This document shows, one piece after another, positions 8,091 through 15,791 of a stretch of 32,000 nucleotides of DNA (position 1 is its first letter; every line of letters begins with the position of its first letter). The notes under the pieces are model-generated. The model worked only from the letters and a program-made list of their open reading frames with translations, did no database searches and was not told the DNA's origin. This DNA is from Alkalilimnicola ehrlichii MLHE-1 (GTDB lineage Bacteria > Pseudomonadota > Gammaproteobacteria > Nitrococcales > Halorhodospiraceae), in assembly GCF_000014785.1 (NCBI RefSeq), contig NC_008340.1, positions 2,610,001 through 2,642,000 of the forward strand. Reading direction: 5' to 3'. The position numbers were made by a program, and so were the translations under genes.

Positions 8091-8705
8091 ATGACCCGGG
8101 GCACTCGCAACGCACTACGGCCCTGCCCCGCCTGTGGCGAGGGTCGCCTGGAGCCCAGGCAAACGACTCAGCGGGCGGAACATGCCGGCCTCAGCGAGGC
8201 AATCCCATTGCACTACGCCGTGTGCGACACCTGCGGATCCGAACTCGCAGAAGCCCCCGAGGCGAAAGCCAACAAGCGCGCCATGACCGCATTTCGCAAG
8301 CGCGCCGATGGCCTGCTCACCGGGGCGCAGATGCGGCAGGCCCGCAAAGCGCTGGGGCTTACGCAGGCGCAGGCCGCAAAGCTGTTCGGCGGCGGCCAAG
8401 TAGCCTTCTCCCGCTATGAGAACGACGACATCACGCAAAGCGAGGCCATGGACAGCCTGGTCCGCGTTTGCCTGGCCCAACCAGCCAACCTGACATTGCT
8501 GGCTGACCAAAAGGGCGTCTCAGCAATATTCACAACGGACGACAACTGGGCCAACGCACTCGTGCGGCGCCACATCCTTGGCATCAAGAGCGCCCTGGAG
8601 CACCAGATCGCCCCGGACCGCGTTGCCGAGCCAAGCCCTCAAGACCCCTTGAAGCGACACGCCAAAGTCATTGACATTCAGCGTTGGAGAAAAGCCGCAG
8701 CATGA
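8091..8705 (+). CDS. mqsA: MqsA-type antitoxin: N-terminal zinc ribbon, XRE HTH and a long C-terminal extension (204 aa)
   Basis: CPACGEG...CDTCGSE Cys4 ribbon, then LTGAQMRQARKALGLTQAQAAKLFGGGQVAFSRYENDD HTH. There are about 65-70 extra C-terminal residues relative to the 131-aa E. coli MqsA. Confidence 0.8.
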   Translation: MTRGTRNALRPCPACGEGRLEPRQTTQRAEHAGLSEAIPLHYAVCDTCGSELAEAPEAKANKRAMTAFRKRADGLLTGAQMRQARKALGLTQAQAAKLFGGGQVAFSRYENDDITQSEAMDSLVRVCLAQPANLTLLADQKGVSAIFTTDDNWANALVRRHILGIKSALEHQIAPDRVAEPSPQDPLKRHAKVIDIQRWRKAAA

Positions 8706-9139
8706 AAGCCAGCCCGCTGACCCTGCACGGGATCGAGTTCGTGCGCGTCCACGTAGAATCCGATCTCGAGGCGGAAACACGCCGTGCAGAGCAATTCCAG
8801 TTCGACGGCACCACTCTAAAGTGGGGGCTGGACCACGGTCGCGACGAGGATAACGGAACTTGGTGGGTGGCCGTTGGTTTCGGGACCCACCAAGAGGACG
8901 ACGAACCACGGTGTCCCTACATTTTGGATGTCCAGGCCGTCGGCATCGTTTCTGTCTCGGACCAGCTCCCCGAGAAAGACCACGAAAAACTCGCTTTCGA
9001 ATACGGCGCCGCCCTCGTCTACGGCGCCATTCGCGAGATGGTCACCAACATCACCGCCCGTAGCCTCGCCGGACCGCTAATGCTTCCCACGCCAAGCTTC
9101 ATCGGCGCACTGGAAACAAGAAAGCAGCCGGGCAACTGA
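8702..9139 (+). CDS. SecB-like chaperone (145 aa), third gene of a TAC-type locus
   Basis: ATGA overlap with mqsA. The pattern CPYILDVQAVGIVSV...FEYGAALVYGAIREMVTNITARSLAGPLMLPTPSF matches the SecB core (C..Q.GIF.....YP.ARE.I....SRG.FP.L.L.P.NF). Confidence 0.7.
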   Translation: MKASPLTLHGIEFVRVHVESDLEAETRRAEQFQFDGTTLKWGLDHGRDEDNGTWWVAVGFGTHQEDDEPRCPYILDVQAVGIVSVSDQLPEKDHEKLAFEYGAALVYGAIREMVTNITARSLAGPLMLPTPSFIGALETRKQPGN

Positions 9140-9160
9140 GAGACACCGCTTGCCTCCCCA

Positions 9161-9701
9161 CCCCGTCATCGCGAGGGCCGAAGGCTTTCCCCCCGTCATC
9201 GCGAGGGCCGAAGGCTTTCCCCCCGTCATCGCGAGGGCCGGAGGCCCGTGGCGATCCAGAGGGGTAGACTGCCGCGTCGGCTTCGCCTCCTCGCAGTGAC
9301 GGGGTGGCCCCTCCCCCCGTCATCGCGAGGGCCGGAGGCCCGTGGCGATCCAGGGCGGTAGACTGCCGCGTCGGCTTCGCCTCCTCGCAGTGACGGGGTG
9401 GCCCCTCCCCCCGTCATCGCGAGGGCCGGAGGCCCGTGGCGATCCAGGGCGGTAGACTGCCGCGTCGGCTTCGCCTCCTCGCAGTGACGGGGTGGCCCCT
9501 GCCCCGTCATCGCGAGGGCCGGAGGCCCGTGGCGATCCAGAGGGGTAGACTGCCGCGTCGGCTTCGCCTCCTCGCAGTGACGGGGTGGCCCCTCCCCCCG
9601 TCATCGCGAGGGCCGAAGGCCCGTGGCGATCCAGGGCGGTAGACTGCCGCGTCGGCTTCGCCTCCTCGCAGTGACGGGGTGGCCCCTCCCCCCGTCATCG
9701 C
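9161..9701 (+). repeat. Hairpin-repeat array A5: 2 short units, 5 full units, and a 6th unit cut after CCGTCATCGCA
   Basis: Full-unit starts at 9225, 9319, 9413, 9506 and 9600 (period 93-94). The last unit is truncated at 9701, where the hipB-like coding sequence begins. Confidence 0.93.
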
Positions 9702-9953
9702 AAGGGGTGGACCCAGGAAGAACTCGCTGAGCGAGTCGGCGTTGGCGTGATCACGATCCGCCGGGTTGCCAAGGGCTCCCCCCGGGTGGCCATCGGCACT
9801 TACTTTGAAGCGGCCGCACTGGTTGGGGTTTCACTGTTCACCGATGATCCGGACAGGCTCAAACGCGAGCATGCAACCCAGCAGGAACGGCTGACGCTGC
9901 TACCCAAGCGAGTCCGTCGTCAAACACCAGAGCCCCTCGACGATGATTTCTAG
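9702..9953 (+). pseudogene. 5'-truncated XRE/HipB-like antitoxin gene (N-terminus replaced by the repeat array)
   Basis: The frame reads ...KGWTQEELAERVGVGVITIRRVAKGSPRVAIGTYFEAAALVGVSL, i.e. helix 2-3 of an XRE HTH without helix 1 or a proper start. Only an internal GTG at 9747 is available. Confidence 0.6.
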
Positions 9954-10185
9954 CAACCGCGCTTATGTCTGGATCTGGCTGCCCGGCCAGACATCGCCTG
10001 TAGTAGCCGGACTTGTTGAGCGCGACGACCAAGACCGGTACCGCTTTGCCTATGGTCGGCGCTATCTGGCCCGTGAAGATGCAATCAGCCTGTATCCCGA
10101 CGAACTGCCCTGCTGTAGTCATCGCCGCCAGCGGCATGTGCGAATGACGAACCACGGCTTCCCCAGCATTTCCCTAACGGCCTGA
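9943..10185 (+). pseudogene. HipA N-terminal fragment (80 codons, homology lost after about 55 aa)
   Basis: AYVWIWLPGQTSPVVAGLVERDDQDRYRFAYGRRYLAREDAISLYPDELP is the HipA N-terminal subdomain pattern. The kinase core is absent. Confidence 0.65.
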
Positions 10186-10331
10186 AACATGCAGCAGCGG
10201 TGTTAGACTAAACCGAGGTCAAAACCCTCATCGCCACGTGGTGGATCAAAGGCCAGAACATTGCCCACGAGCCCCAGGAATACACAAGGCTCCGAGAAAA
10301 ATCGCCGTCCTCAAGAATTGCCCATGGAGAC

Positions 10332-10766
10332 ATGATGCGGACTCGAGCCCGCCCCAAAAGGAATTCCAAGCGCCGGCTACATCCTGAATTGACCGTCGAG
10401 CGGCGCCGGGCACTCGCCCAGTGTGTCAAATATGTCGGCAGCCCCTTGCACAAGCGCAACCCCGGTGATTTCGGGCTGACGCCGCCCGTTGCGGCCCGTC
10501 CCGGGAAGAGCCTGTGTGATGATGTCTCGATCTTCGAGCGAGACAAGGCTCAGGTGCTGCTGCGAGAGGGAGTGCAAGCGGGCCTTGTAAGCCGTGATGC
10601 CGACGAGGGCTTCCCGCGCCACATCTGGATGGTTCACGAAGGGCGAGTCATCGAGGCACGTTGTGACAACATGGAAGCCGGAACCTACCATGGCTACCCC
10701 CTGGAAGCCGACGATCCCATGGCCGATGCTGTAAAGCGCGAATGGAGCCGGAGGCAAGCAGAATGA
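10332..10766 (+). CDS. Hypothetical basic 144-aa protein, first gene of an unknown two-gene operon
   Basis: GGAGA RBS. Arg/Lys-rich N-terminus. Conserved-looking blocks YVGSPLHKRNPGDFGL and GTYHGYPL. Its stop overlaps the next start (ATGA). No family recognised with confidence. Confidence 0.6.
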   Translation: MMRTRARPKRNSKRRLHPELTVERRRALAQCVKYVGSPLHKRNPGDFGLTPPVAARPGKSLCDDVSIFERDKAQVLLREGVQAGLVSRDADEGFPRHIWMVHEGRVIEARCDNMEAGTYHGYPLEADDPMADAVKREWSRRQAE

Positions 10767-12097
10767 GCGATACCCTGCGATTCGACTGGGAGTGGCTGGC
10801 CTACCCAGAATTGCCTGCTGAAGAGGCTGTGACCTTTGCTGACCTGAGCATCCGGCTCAACGACAAGGCCATGACTCGCCTCTACGACGTGGCCGCCAAG
10901 ACCGAGCGCGACAACCTTTTCGCTGCCGCGTACCCGTTGGCTCAATTTCTAGCGGAAAACTGGTGGCGCATCCGCTGGGAGCCCGCGCCGGCCAGTCTTT
11001 CAAACGCGGGGCCACAGTGGCGTCTGGCGCATAACATCGCAGCCGCTGGTGCCGGCTATGTCTGGCCCAACATCACCTTCCACGGCGATGGCGAGCGGAT
11101 GTTCATGCACGTCGGACCCCACACCTCTGAGTCCTCCGCCGTGCAGTTCGTCTCGGAGGGAAATGGTGTGCTCGACGCCGCAATGTTCGAAGCAGAGGCC
11201 GATCGTTTCATGGAAGGCGTCTTGGCCCGACTGCAAGCCTGTGGCCACCCGGATACGGAGCTCGAACAGCTCTGGCGAGCGGTCCAGGCCGAGCGTTCCA
11301 GCAACGAAGACTGTGAGCGGCGGCGGCTGGAGGCCATGGCGGGCTTCGATCCCGACGAAGCGCCAGAGGCCATGCTGGACGAACTGTTGCAGCTCGAACA
11401 GCGCCTTGGGGTTTCAGCCATCCGAGAATTGGCTGCGGCCTCGCGGGCAAACACACTGGACCATGTGCGAACCCTGGAAGAGGCACTTTGTGCTCGGGGC
11501 CTTCGGTATCAGGTCCCGGATACGAGTCGAATGAGGATTGAATGGCCTGCCCCGCCATGGCGCAGGGCTGTCGAAGTCGCAAAGGCCGCTCGACAGGCCT
11601 GGGGCCTGAACAATGGCCCACTGGATAACACGCAGCTCGCCGCCATCGTGGATCTACCGCGCGAGCAGCTTGACTCTTCGGCACCTGAAGCAGTGCCCTA
11701 CAGCGCGAGCCTGCGCGGGGGGGAAGAGGGCGACAGACTAGTGTTCAGAACCGGCCATCGGCACGGACGCCGCTTCGCAATCGGTCGCCTGATGGGTGAC
11801 GCCTTCTACTCACCCGGGGAAGGGGGGGCACTGGCGGCCGCAACGGATGCCCGGACGGGACGCCAGAAGTTTCAGCGGGCCTTCGCGCAGGAGCTGCTGT
11901 GCCCATTCGAGGCATTGAGCGACTTTCTCAACCTGGGCCAGGACTGGGATGCATGTGACGATATCACCCCCCCGAACGAGGACCGCATCGAAGAGGCAGC
12001 GGAGTATTTCGACGTCTCACCGGTGCTCGTTCAGAGCACGCTTGTCAACCACAACGTCTTGCCCCGCGACGTACTCGAAATAACGGACGCCGCCTGA
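10763..12097 (+). CDS. Hypothetical 444-aa protein whose C-terminal region resembles an ImmA/IrrE (M78) domain lacking the HExxH motif
   Basis: GGAGG lies 8 nt upstream of ATG 10763. N-terminal block AAAYPLAQFLAENWWRIRWEP. The C-terminal GRRFAIGRLMGDAF...RQKFQRAFAQELLCPFEAL aligns with the M78 pattern RRFTLAHELGHLL...E.EANRFAAELLMP. Confidence 0.65.
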   Translation: MSDTLRFDWEWLAYPELPAEEAVTFADLSIRLNDKAMTRLYDVAAKTERDNLFAAAYPLAQFLAENWWRIRWEPAPASLSNAGPQWRLAHNIAAAGAGYVWPNITFHGDGERMFMHVGPHTSESSAVQFVSEGNGVLDAAMFEAEADRFMEGVLARLQACGHPDTELEQLWRAVQAERSSNEDCERRRLEAMAGFDPDEAPEAMLDELLQLEQRLGVSAIRELAAASRANTLDHVRTLEEALCARGLRYQVPDTSRMRIEWPAPPWRRAVEVAKAARQAWGLNNGPLDNTQLAAIVDLPREQLDSSAPEAVPYSASLRGGEEGDRLVFRTGHRHGRRFAIGRLMGDAFYSPGEGGALAAATDARTGRQKFQRAFAQELLCPFEALSDFLNLGQDWDACDDITPPNEDRIEEAAEYFDVSPVLVQSTLVNHNVLPRDVLEITDAA

Positions 12098-12121
12098 GAA
12101 CCCGAGGAGCCAAACAACACA

Positions 12122-12619
12122 CTGTCATCGCGAGGGCCGAAGGCTTTCCCCCGTCATCGCGAGCCCCCCACCCCGCTGCGCGGGCCCGAATCAACGAGGA
12201 ACGGGGCACCCCCGGTCATCGCGAGGGCCGAAGGCCCGTGGCGATCCAGGGCGGTAGACTGCCGCGTCGGCTTCGCCTCCTCGCAGTGACGGTGGGGGCG
12301 ACTTTCCGCTTCCGGCACAGTCAAGTTCTTCAAGAGGGCCGAAGGCCCGTGGCGATCCAGGGCGGTAGACTGCCACGTCGGCTTCGCCTCCTCGCAGTGA
12401 CGGGGTGGCCCCTCCCCCCGTCATCGCGAGGGCCGAAGGCCCGTGGCGATCCAGAGGGGTAGACTGCCACGTCGGCTTCGCCTCCTCGCAGTGACGGTGG
12501 GGATGGGGCCCCGCTCGCAGTGACGGTGTGGATGGGCCCCCGCTCGCAGTGACGGTGGGGGCGGGTCCGCTCCTCGCGGTGACGGTGGGGGCGGGTCCAC
12601 GCTTGCAGTGGCGATGAGG
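12122..12619 (+). repeat. Hairpin-repeat array A6: 1-2 short units, 3 full units (one carrying the 37-bp insert module), 4 3'-arm units
   Basis: Full units lie between about 12214 and 12495. TTCCGCTTCCGGCACAGTCAAGTTCTTCAAGAG is at 12300-12337. Reiterated GCTCGCAGTGACGGTGKGG-type units run from 12496 to 12619. Confidence 0.92.
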
Positions 12620-12648
12620 CACCACCACCCAAAAAGGAGAACACCACC

Positions 12649-14031
12649 ATGGACGACCCCACCCTCCTCCACCACGGCGGCGCTGACGGCGTCACCGGCA
12701 GTTGCCACCAACTCTACGCCAGCCCCGACCACTCACTCCTCATCGACTGCGGCCTCTTCCAAGGCGAAGACGCCGGCCCCGACCCCCTCGCCCAACACAC
12801 CGTCGACTTCGACGTCGACACCCTCCAGGCCCTCGTCCTCACCCACGTCCACATCGACCACGTCGGCCGGCTGCCCTACCTGCTGGCCGCCGGCTACCGC
12901 GGCCCCATCCTCTGCAGCCACCCCTCCGCCCACCTGCTGCCGCTGGTCATTGACGACGCCCTGCGCATCGGCTTCACCCGTGACGGCCAACTCATCGCGC
13001 GCTTCCAGCAGCAGGTCCAAAACCAACTGACCCCCCTCAAATACAGCCGCTGGCACACCGTCACCGACAACCGCCACCTCACCCTCAAGGTCCGCCTGGA
13101 GCGCGCCGGCCACATCCTCGGCTCCGCCTACGTCAAAGTCGCCATCCGGGACAAACGCACCGGCCGCACACACCGCACCGTCTTCTCAGGCGACCTGGGC
13201 GCCCCCGGCTCGCCGCTGCTGCCCGCCCCGCAATCGCCCCACCACGCCGACCTCCTCGTCCTGGAGGCCACCTACGGCGACCGCAGCCACGAAAACCGCG
13301 ACCAGCGCCGCCACCGCCTGCGCCAGGCCATCGAACACGCCGTGCAGGACGGCGGCACCGTCATCATCCCCGCCTTCAGCATCGGCCGCACCCAGGTGCT
13401 GCTCCACGAGCTGGAAGCGCTCACCCACACCGCCCAAGGCCCCTGGCGCCACCTGCGCATCATCGTCGACTCCCCCCTGGCCGCCCGCTTCAACCGCGTC
13501 TACCGCCGCCTGAAACCCTACTGGGACCAAGAGGCCAGAAAACGGGCCCGACAAGGCCGCCACCCCCTCAACTTCAGCCGCCTGCACACCGTCGACAGCC
13601 ACGCCCAACACCAACACACCGTCACCACCCTGGCCCAGGGCGGCCACCCGGCCGTGGTCATCGCCGCCAGCGGCATGTGCGCCGGCGGCCGCGTCGTCAA
13701 CTACCTGAAAGCCATGCTCGGCGACCCACGCCACCACGTGCTGTTCGTCGGCTACCAAGCGGAAGGCACCCCCGGGCGGGACATCCAGCGCTACGGCCCA
13801 ACCGGCGGCTGGGTAGACCTGGACGGAGAACGGTTCGACATCCGCGCCGGCGTCACCACCATCGGCGGCTACTCCGCCCATGCAGACCAACAGGACCTAC
13901 TGCGGTTCGTACAACAGATGAAGCGCCCACCCGGCACCATCCGACTGGTGCACGGCAGCGCCCGCGCCCGGGAGACACTGGCCAACGCCCTCACCCGGCA
14001 GGGCCATACCGTGACCCAGGGAGGGTCATGA
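12649..14031 (+). CDS. Beta-CASP family metallo-beta-lactamase-fold nuclease (RNA-metabolising MBL hydrolase), 460 aa
   Basis: AAAGGAGAA RBS. LLIDCGLFQG, HxHxDH motif LTHVHIDHVGRLPYL, later SGDLG, IPAFSIGRTQ, GYSAHADQ and RLVHGS, typical of beta-CASP enzymes. Confidence 0.85.
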   Translation: MDDPTLLHHGGADGVTGSCHQLYASPDHSLLIDCGLFQGEDAGPDPLAQHTVDFDVDTLQALVLTHVHIDHVGRLPYLLAAGYRGPILCSHPSAHLLPLVIDDALRIGFTRDGQLIARFQQQVQNQLTPLKYSRWHTVTDNRHLTLKVRLERAGHILGSAYVKVAIRDKRTGRTHRTVFSGDLGAPGSPLLPAPQSPHHADLLVLEATYGDRSHENRDQRRHRLRQAIEHAVQDGGTVIIPAFSIGRTQVLLHELEALTHTAQGPWRHLRIIVDSPLAARFNRVYRRLKPYWDQEARKRARQGRHPLNFSRLHTVDSHAQHQHTVTTLAQGGHPAVVIAASGMCAGGRVVNYLKAMLGDPRHHVLFVGYQAEGTPGRDIQRYGPTGGWVDLDGERFDIRAGVTTIGGYSAHADQQDLLRFVQQMKRPPGTIRLVHGSARARETLANALTRQGHTVTQGGS

Positions 14032-14076
14032 CTTCAGAGGCCCGGCACTCCCGCCACGGCGGGGCCCCGCCCCCTC

Positions 14077-14399
14077 CCCCGTCACTGCGAGCGCCGAAGG
14101 GGCGTGACAGTCCATACGGCGTGTGGATCGCCGCGTCGCTTCGCTCCTCGCGATGACGGGGGCGGCGCCCCCACCGTCACCGCGAGAGCGGACCCGCCCC
14201 CACCGTCACTGCGGGCGGGGGCCCATCCACACCGTCACTGCGAGGAGGCGAAGCCGACGTGGCAGTCTACCCCTCTGGATCGCCACGGGCCTTCGGCCCT
14301 CGCGATGACGGGGGAAAGCCTTCGGCCCTCGCGATGACGGGGGAAAGCCTTCGACCCTCGCGATGACGGTGAGAAAGCCCTCGGCCCTCACGATAACGG
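14077..14399 (-). repeat. Hairpin-repeat array A7, inverted orientation: type-B, 3 3'-arm units, 1 full unit, 4 short units as read on the + strand
   Basis: Reverse complements of all unit types are present, e.g. GGAGGCGAAGCCGACGTGGCAGTCTACCCCTCTGGATCGCCACGGGCCTTCGGCCCTCGCGATGACGGGGG and GAAAGCCTTCGGCCCTCGCGATGACGGGG reiterated. Confidence 0.9.
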
Positions 14400-14514
14400 A
14401 AGCACCACCCCCAACTAATCCTTCCGATAGGTTGCACCGCACCATCCCCCATGCTTTACTCCCTAACATCGTTCACCCAGTGAACGACACAACCCTTCGC
14501 ACCCCCCAAGGATG

Positions 14515-14560
14515 GCCGTGCCACCGCATGTCATCCTTGCGGTAGCGTGCCCGAAAGCCG
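14515..14560 (+). repeat. Left copy of the 46-bp direct repeat flanking the ATPase/DUF4276 module
   Basis: GCCGTGCCACCGCATGTCATCCTTGCGGTAGCGTGCCCGAAAGCCG, 45/46 identical to 16355-16400. Confidence 0.9.
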
Positions 14561-14657
14561 GCACCAGGATATGAAAGCAGACGGCTCCCAAACGACATGC
14601 GACAAGGTTTTGGGACCCTACACGTATTGAGGCACACCGAATGAAGGGACTGATTCA

Positions 14658-15788
14658 ATGACATCGGAATCGGACCTGTGTAGCCGAATTTCACGCGTGA
14701 GCATCCGCGGGTTCCGTAGCCTAGCCTGTGTCGAGAACCTTGAGCTCCCGCAACTAGCGGTCCTGATTGGGGCAAACGGATCGGGCAAATCCAACCTCAT
14801 CCGATTCTTCGAGATGCTGAGCTACTCGCTCAAGGGCCGGAACCTTCAGCAGTTCGTGATCGAAAAAGGGGGCGGTGACGACCAGCTCTTTTTCGGAGCG
14901 CGGACCACGTCCCGCCTGGAAGCAGAGATCGCGCTGGAGACTGAGCAGGGCACCAATGAGTACCGGATGGCCCTGACCCACGTCGCACCAGACTCCCTGG
15001 CCTTCGCCGAAGAGGCTTTCCGGTTCTCCCGGCACGACCGCGAAGGCAGCAGCGACTGGATTCACCTCCCCATGCCGGCTCAGGAATCGGGCCTGCCGGT
15101 GGCCGCAGCGGATAGTGGTCAGCGGTCGCGGCGCACAGCACGCACGCTCCTTTACCTGCTGCGCAACTGCGCCACCTTCCAGTTTCATGACACCTCGGCA
15201 AAGGCCAGTCTGAACATGCGCTGGGATGAGAGCGAAAACGCACGCATGCGCTCGGATGGCGGAAACCTGGCCCCCATACTGCTGCATCTTTCTCAGGAGC
15301 ATCCCCGGCGTTACCGGCTCATCACGCGGCAGATTCAACGCGTTCTCCCCGTGTTCGAAGACTTCGACCTGCAATCGACGGGGGGCAAGGTGTTGCTGCG
15401 CTGGCGCGCCCGAAACAGCGACAACACCTTCGGGCCGCATCTGACATCGGACGGCTCGCTGCGACTGTTTTGCCTATTCACCCTGCTCAATCTGCCGGGG
15501 GAAATGCTCCCGGACGTACTCATGATCGACGAACCGGAACTGGGCCTTCATCCGCACGCTATCGCCCTGACCGCCGATATGCTCAAGAGCCTCTCCGTCC
15601 ATCGGCAAGTCTTCATCGCCACCCAGTCACCACTGATGGTCGACGCCTTCGACGTGGATAACATCCTCGTCGCCAGCCTGAAAGACGGCGCAACAGACCT
15701 GACGCCCATGGACCGTGACGAATACCGGGTCTGGCTTGAAAGCGGCTACCAGCCCTCGGATCTATGGCTCAAAGAACCGGTGGGCTGA
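14658..15788 (+). CDS. AAA_21/ABC-type (SMC-like) ATPase, 376 aa, defence-associated type
   Basis: Walker A LIGANGSGKSNL close to the N-terminus, distal Walker B LLMIDEPELGLHP and signature-like TSDGSLR. This split-ABC architecture is typical of OLD/AbiL/PARIS-type ATPases. Confidence 0.85.
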   Translation: MTSESDLCSRISRVSIRGFRSLACVENLELPQLAVLIGANGSGKSNLIRFFEMLSYSLKGRNLQQFVIEKGGGDDQLFFGARTTSRLEAEIALETEQGTNEYRMALTHVAPDSLAFAEEAFRFSRHDREGSSDWIHLPMPAQESGLPVAAADSGQRSRRTARTLLYLLRNCATFQFHDTSAKASLNMRWDESENARMRSDGGNLAPILLHLSQEHPRRYRLITRQIQRVLPVFEDFDLQSTGGKVLLRWRARNSDNTFGPHLTSDGSLRLFCLFTLLNLPGEMLPDVLMIDEPELGLHPHAIALTADMLKSLSVHRQVFIATQSPLMVDAFDVDNILVASLKDGATDLTPMDRDEYRVWLESGYQPSDLWLKEPVG

Positions 15789-15791
15789 GTG

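Noticed and set aside
1536-9701. Arrays as type III TA antitoxin RNA repeats (ToxI-like) preceding toxin genes
   Set aside because: ToxI-type repeats are about 36 nt and are followed by a ToxN/AbiEii-like endoribonuclease gene. Here the arrays precede and follow ordinary type II modules that already encode protein antitoxins, and the same repeat flanks unrelated genes.
14515-14560. The 46-bp direct repeat as a duplicated tRNA/tmRNA 3' end (classical island att site)
   Set aside because: There is no T-arm/acceptor pattern (GGTTCGAATCC-like ... CCA) in or next to either copy, and no tRNA gene was recognised anywhere in the window.
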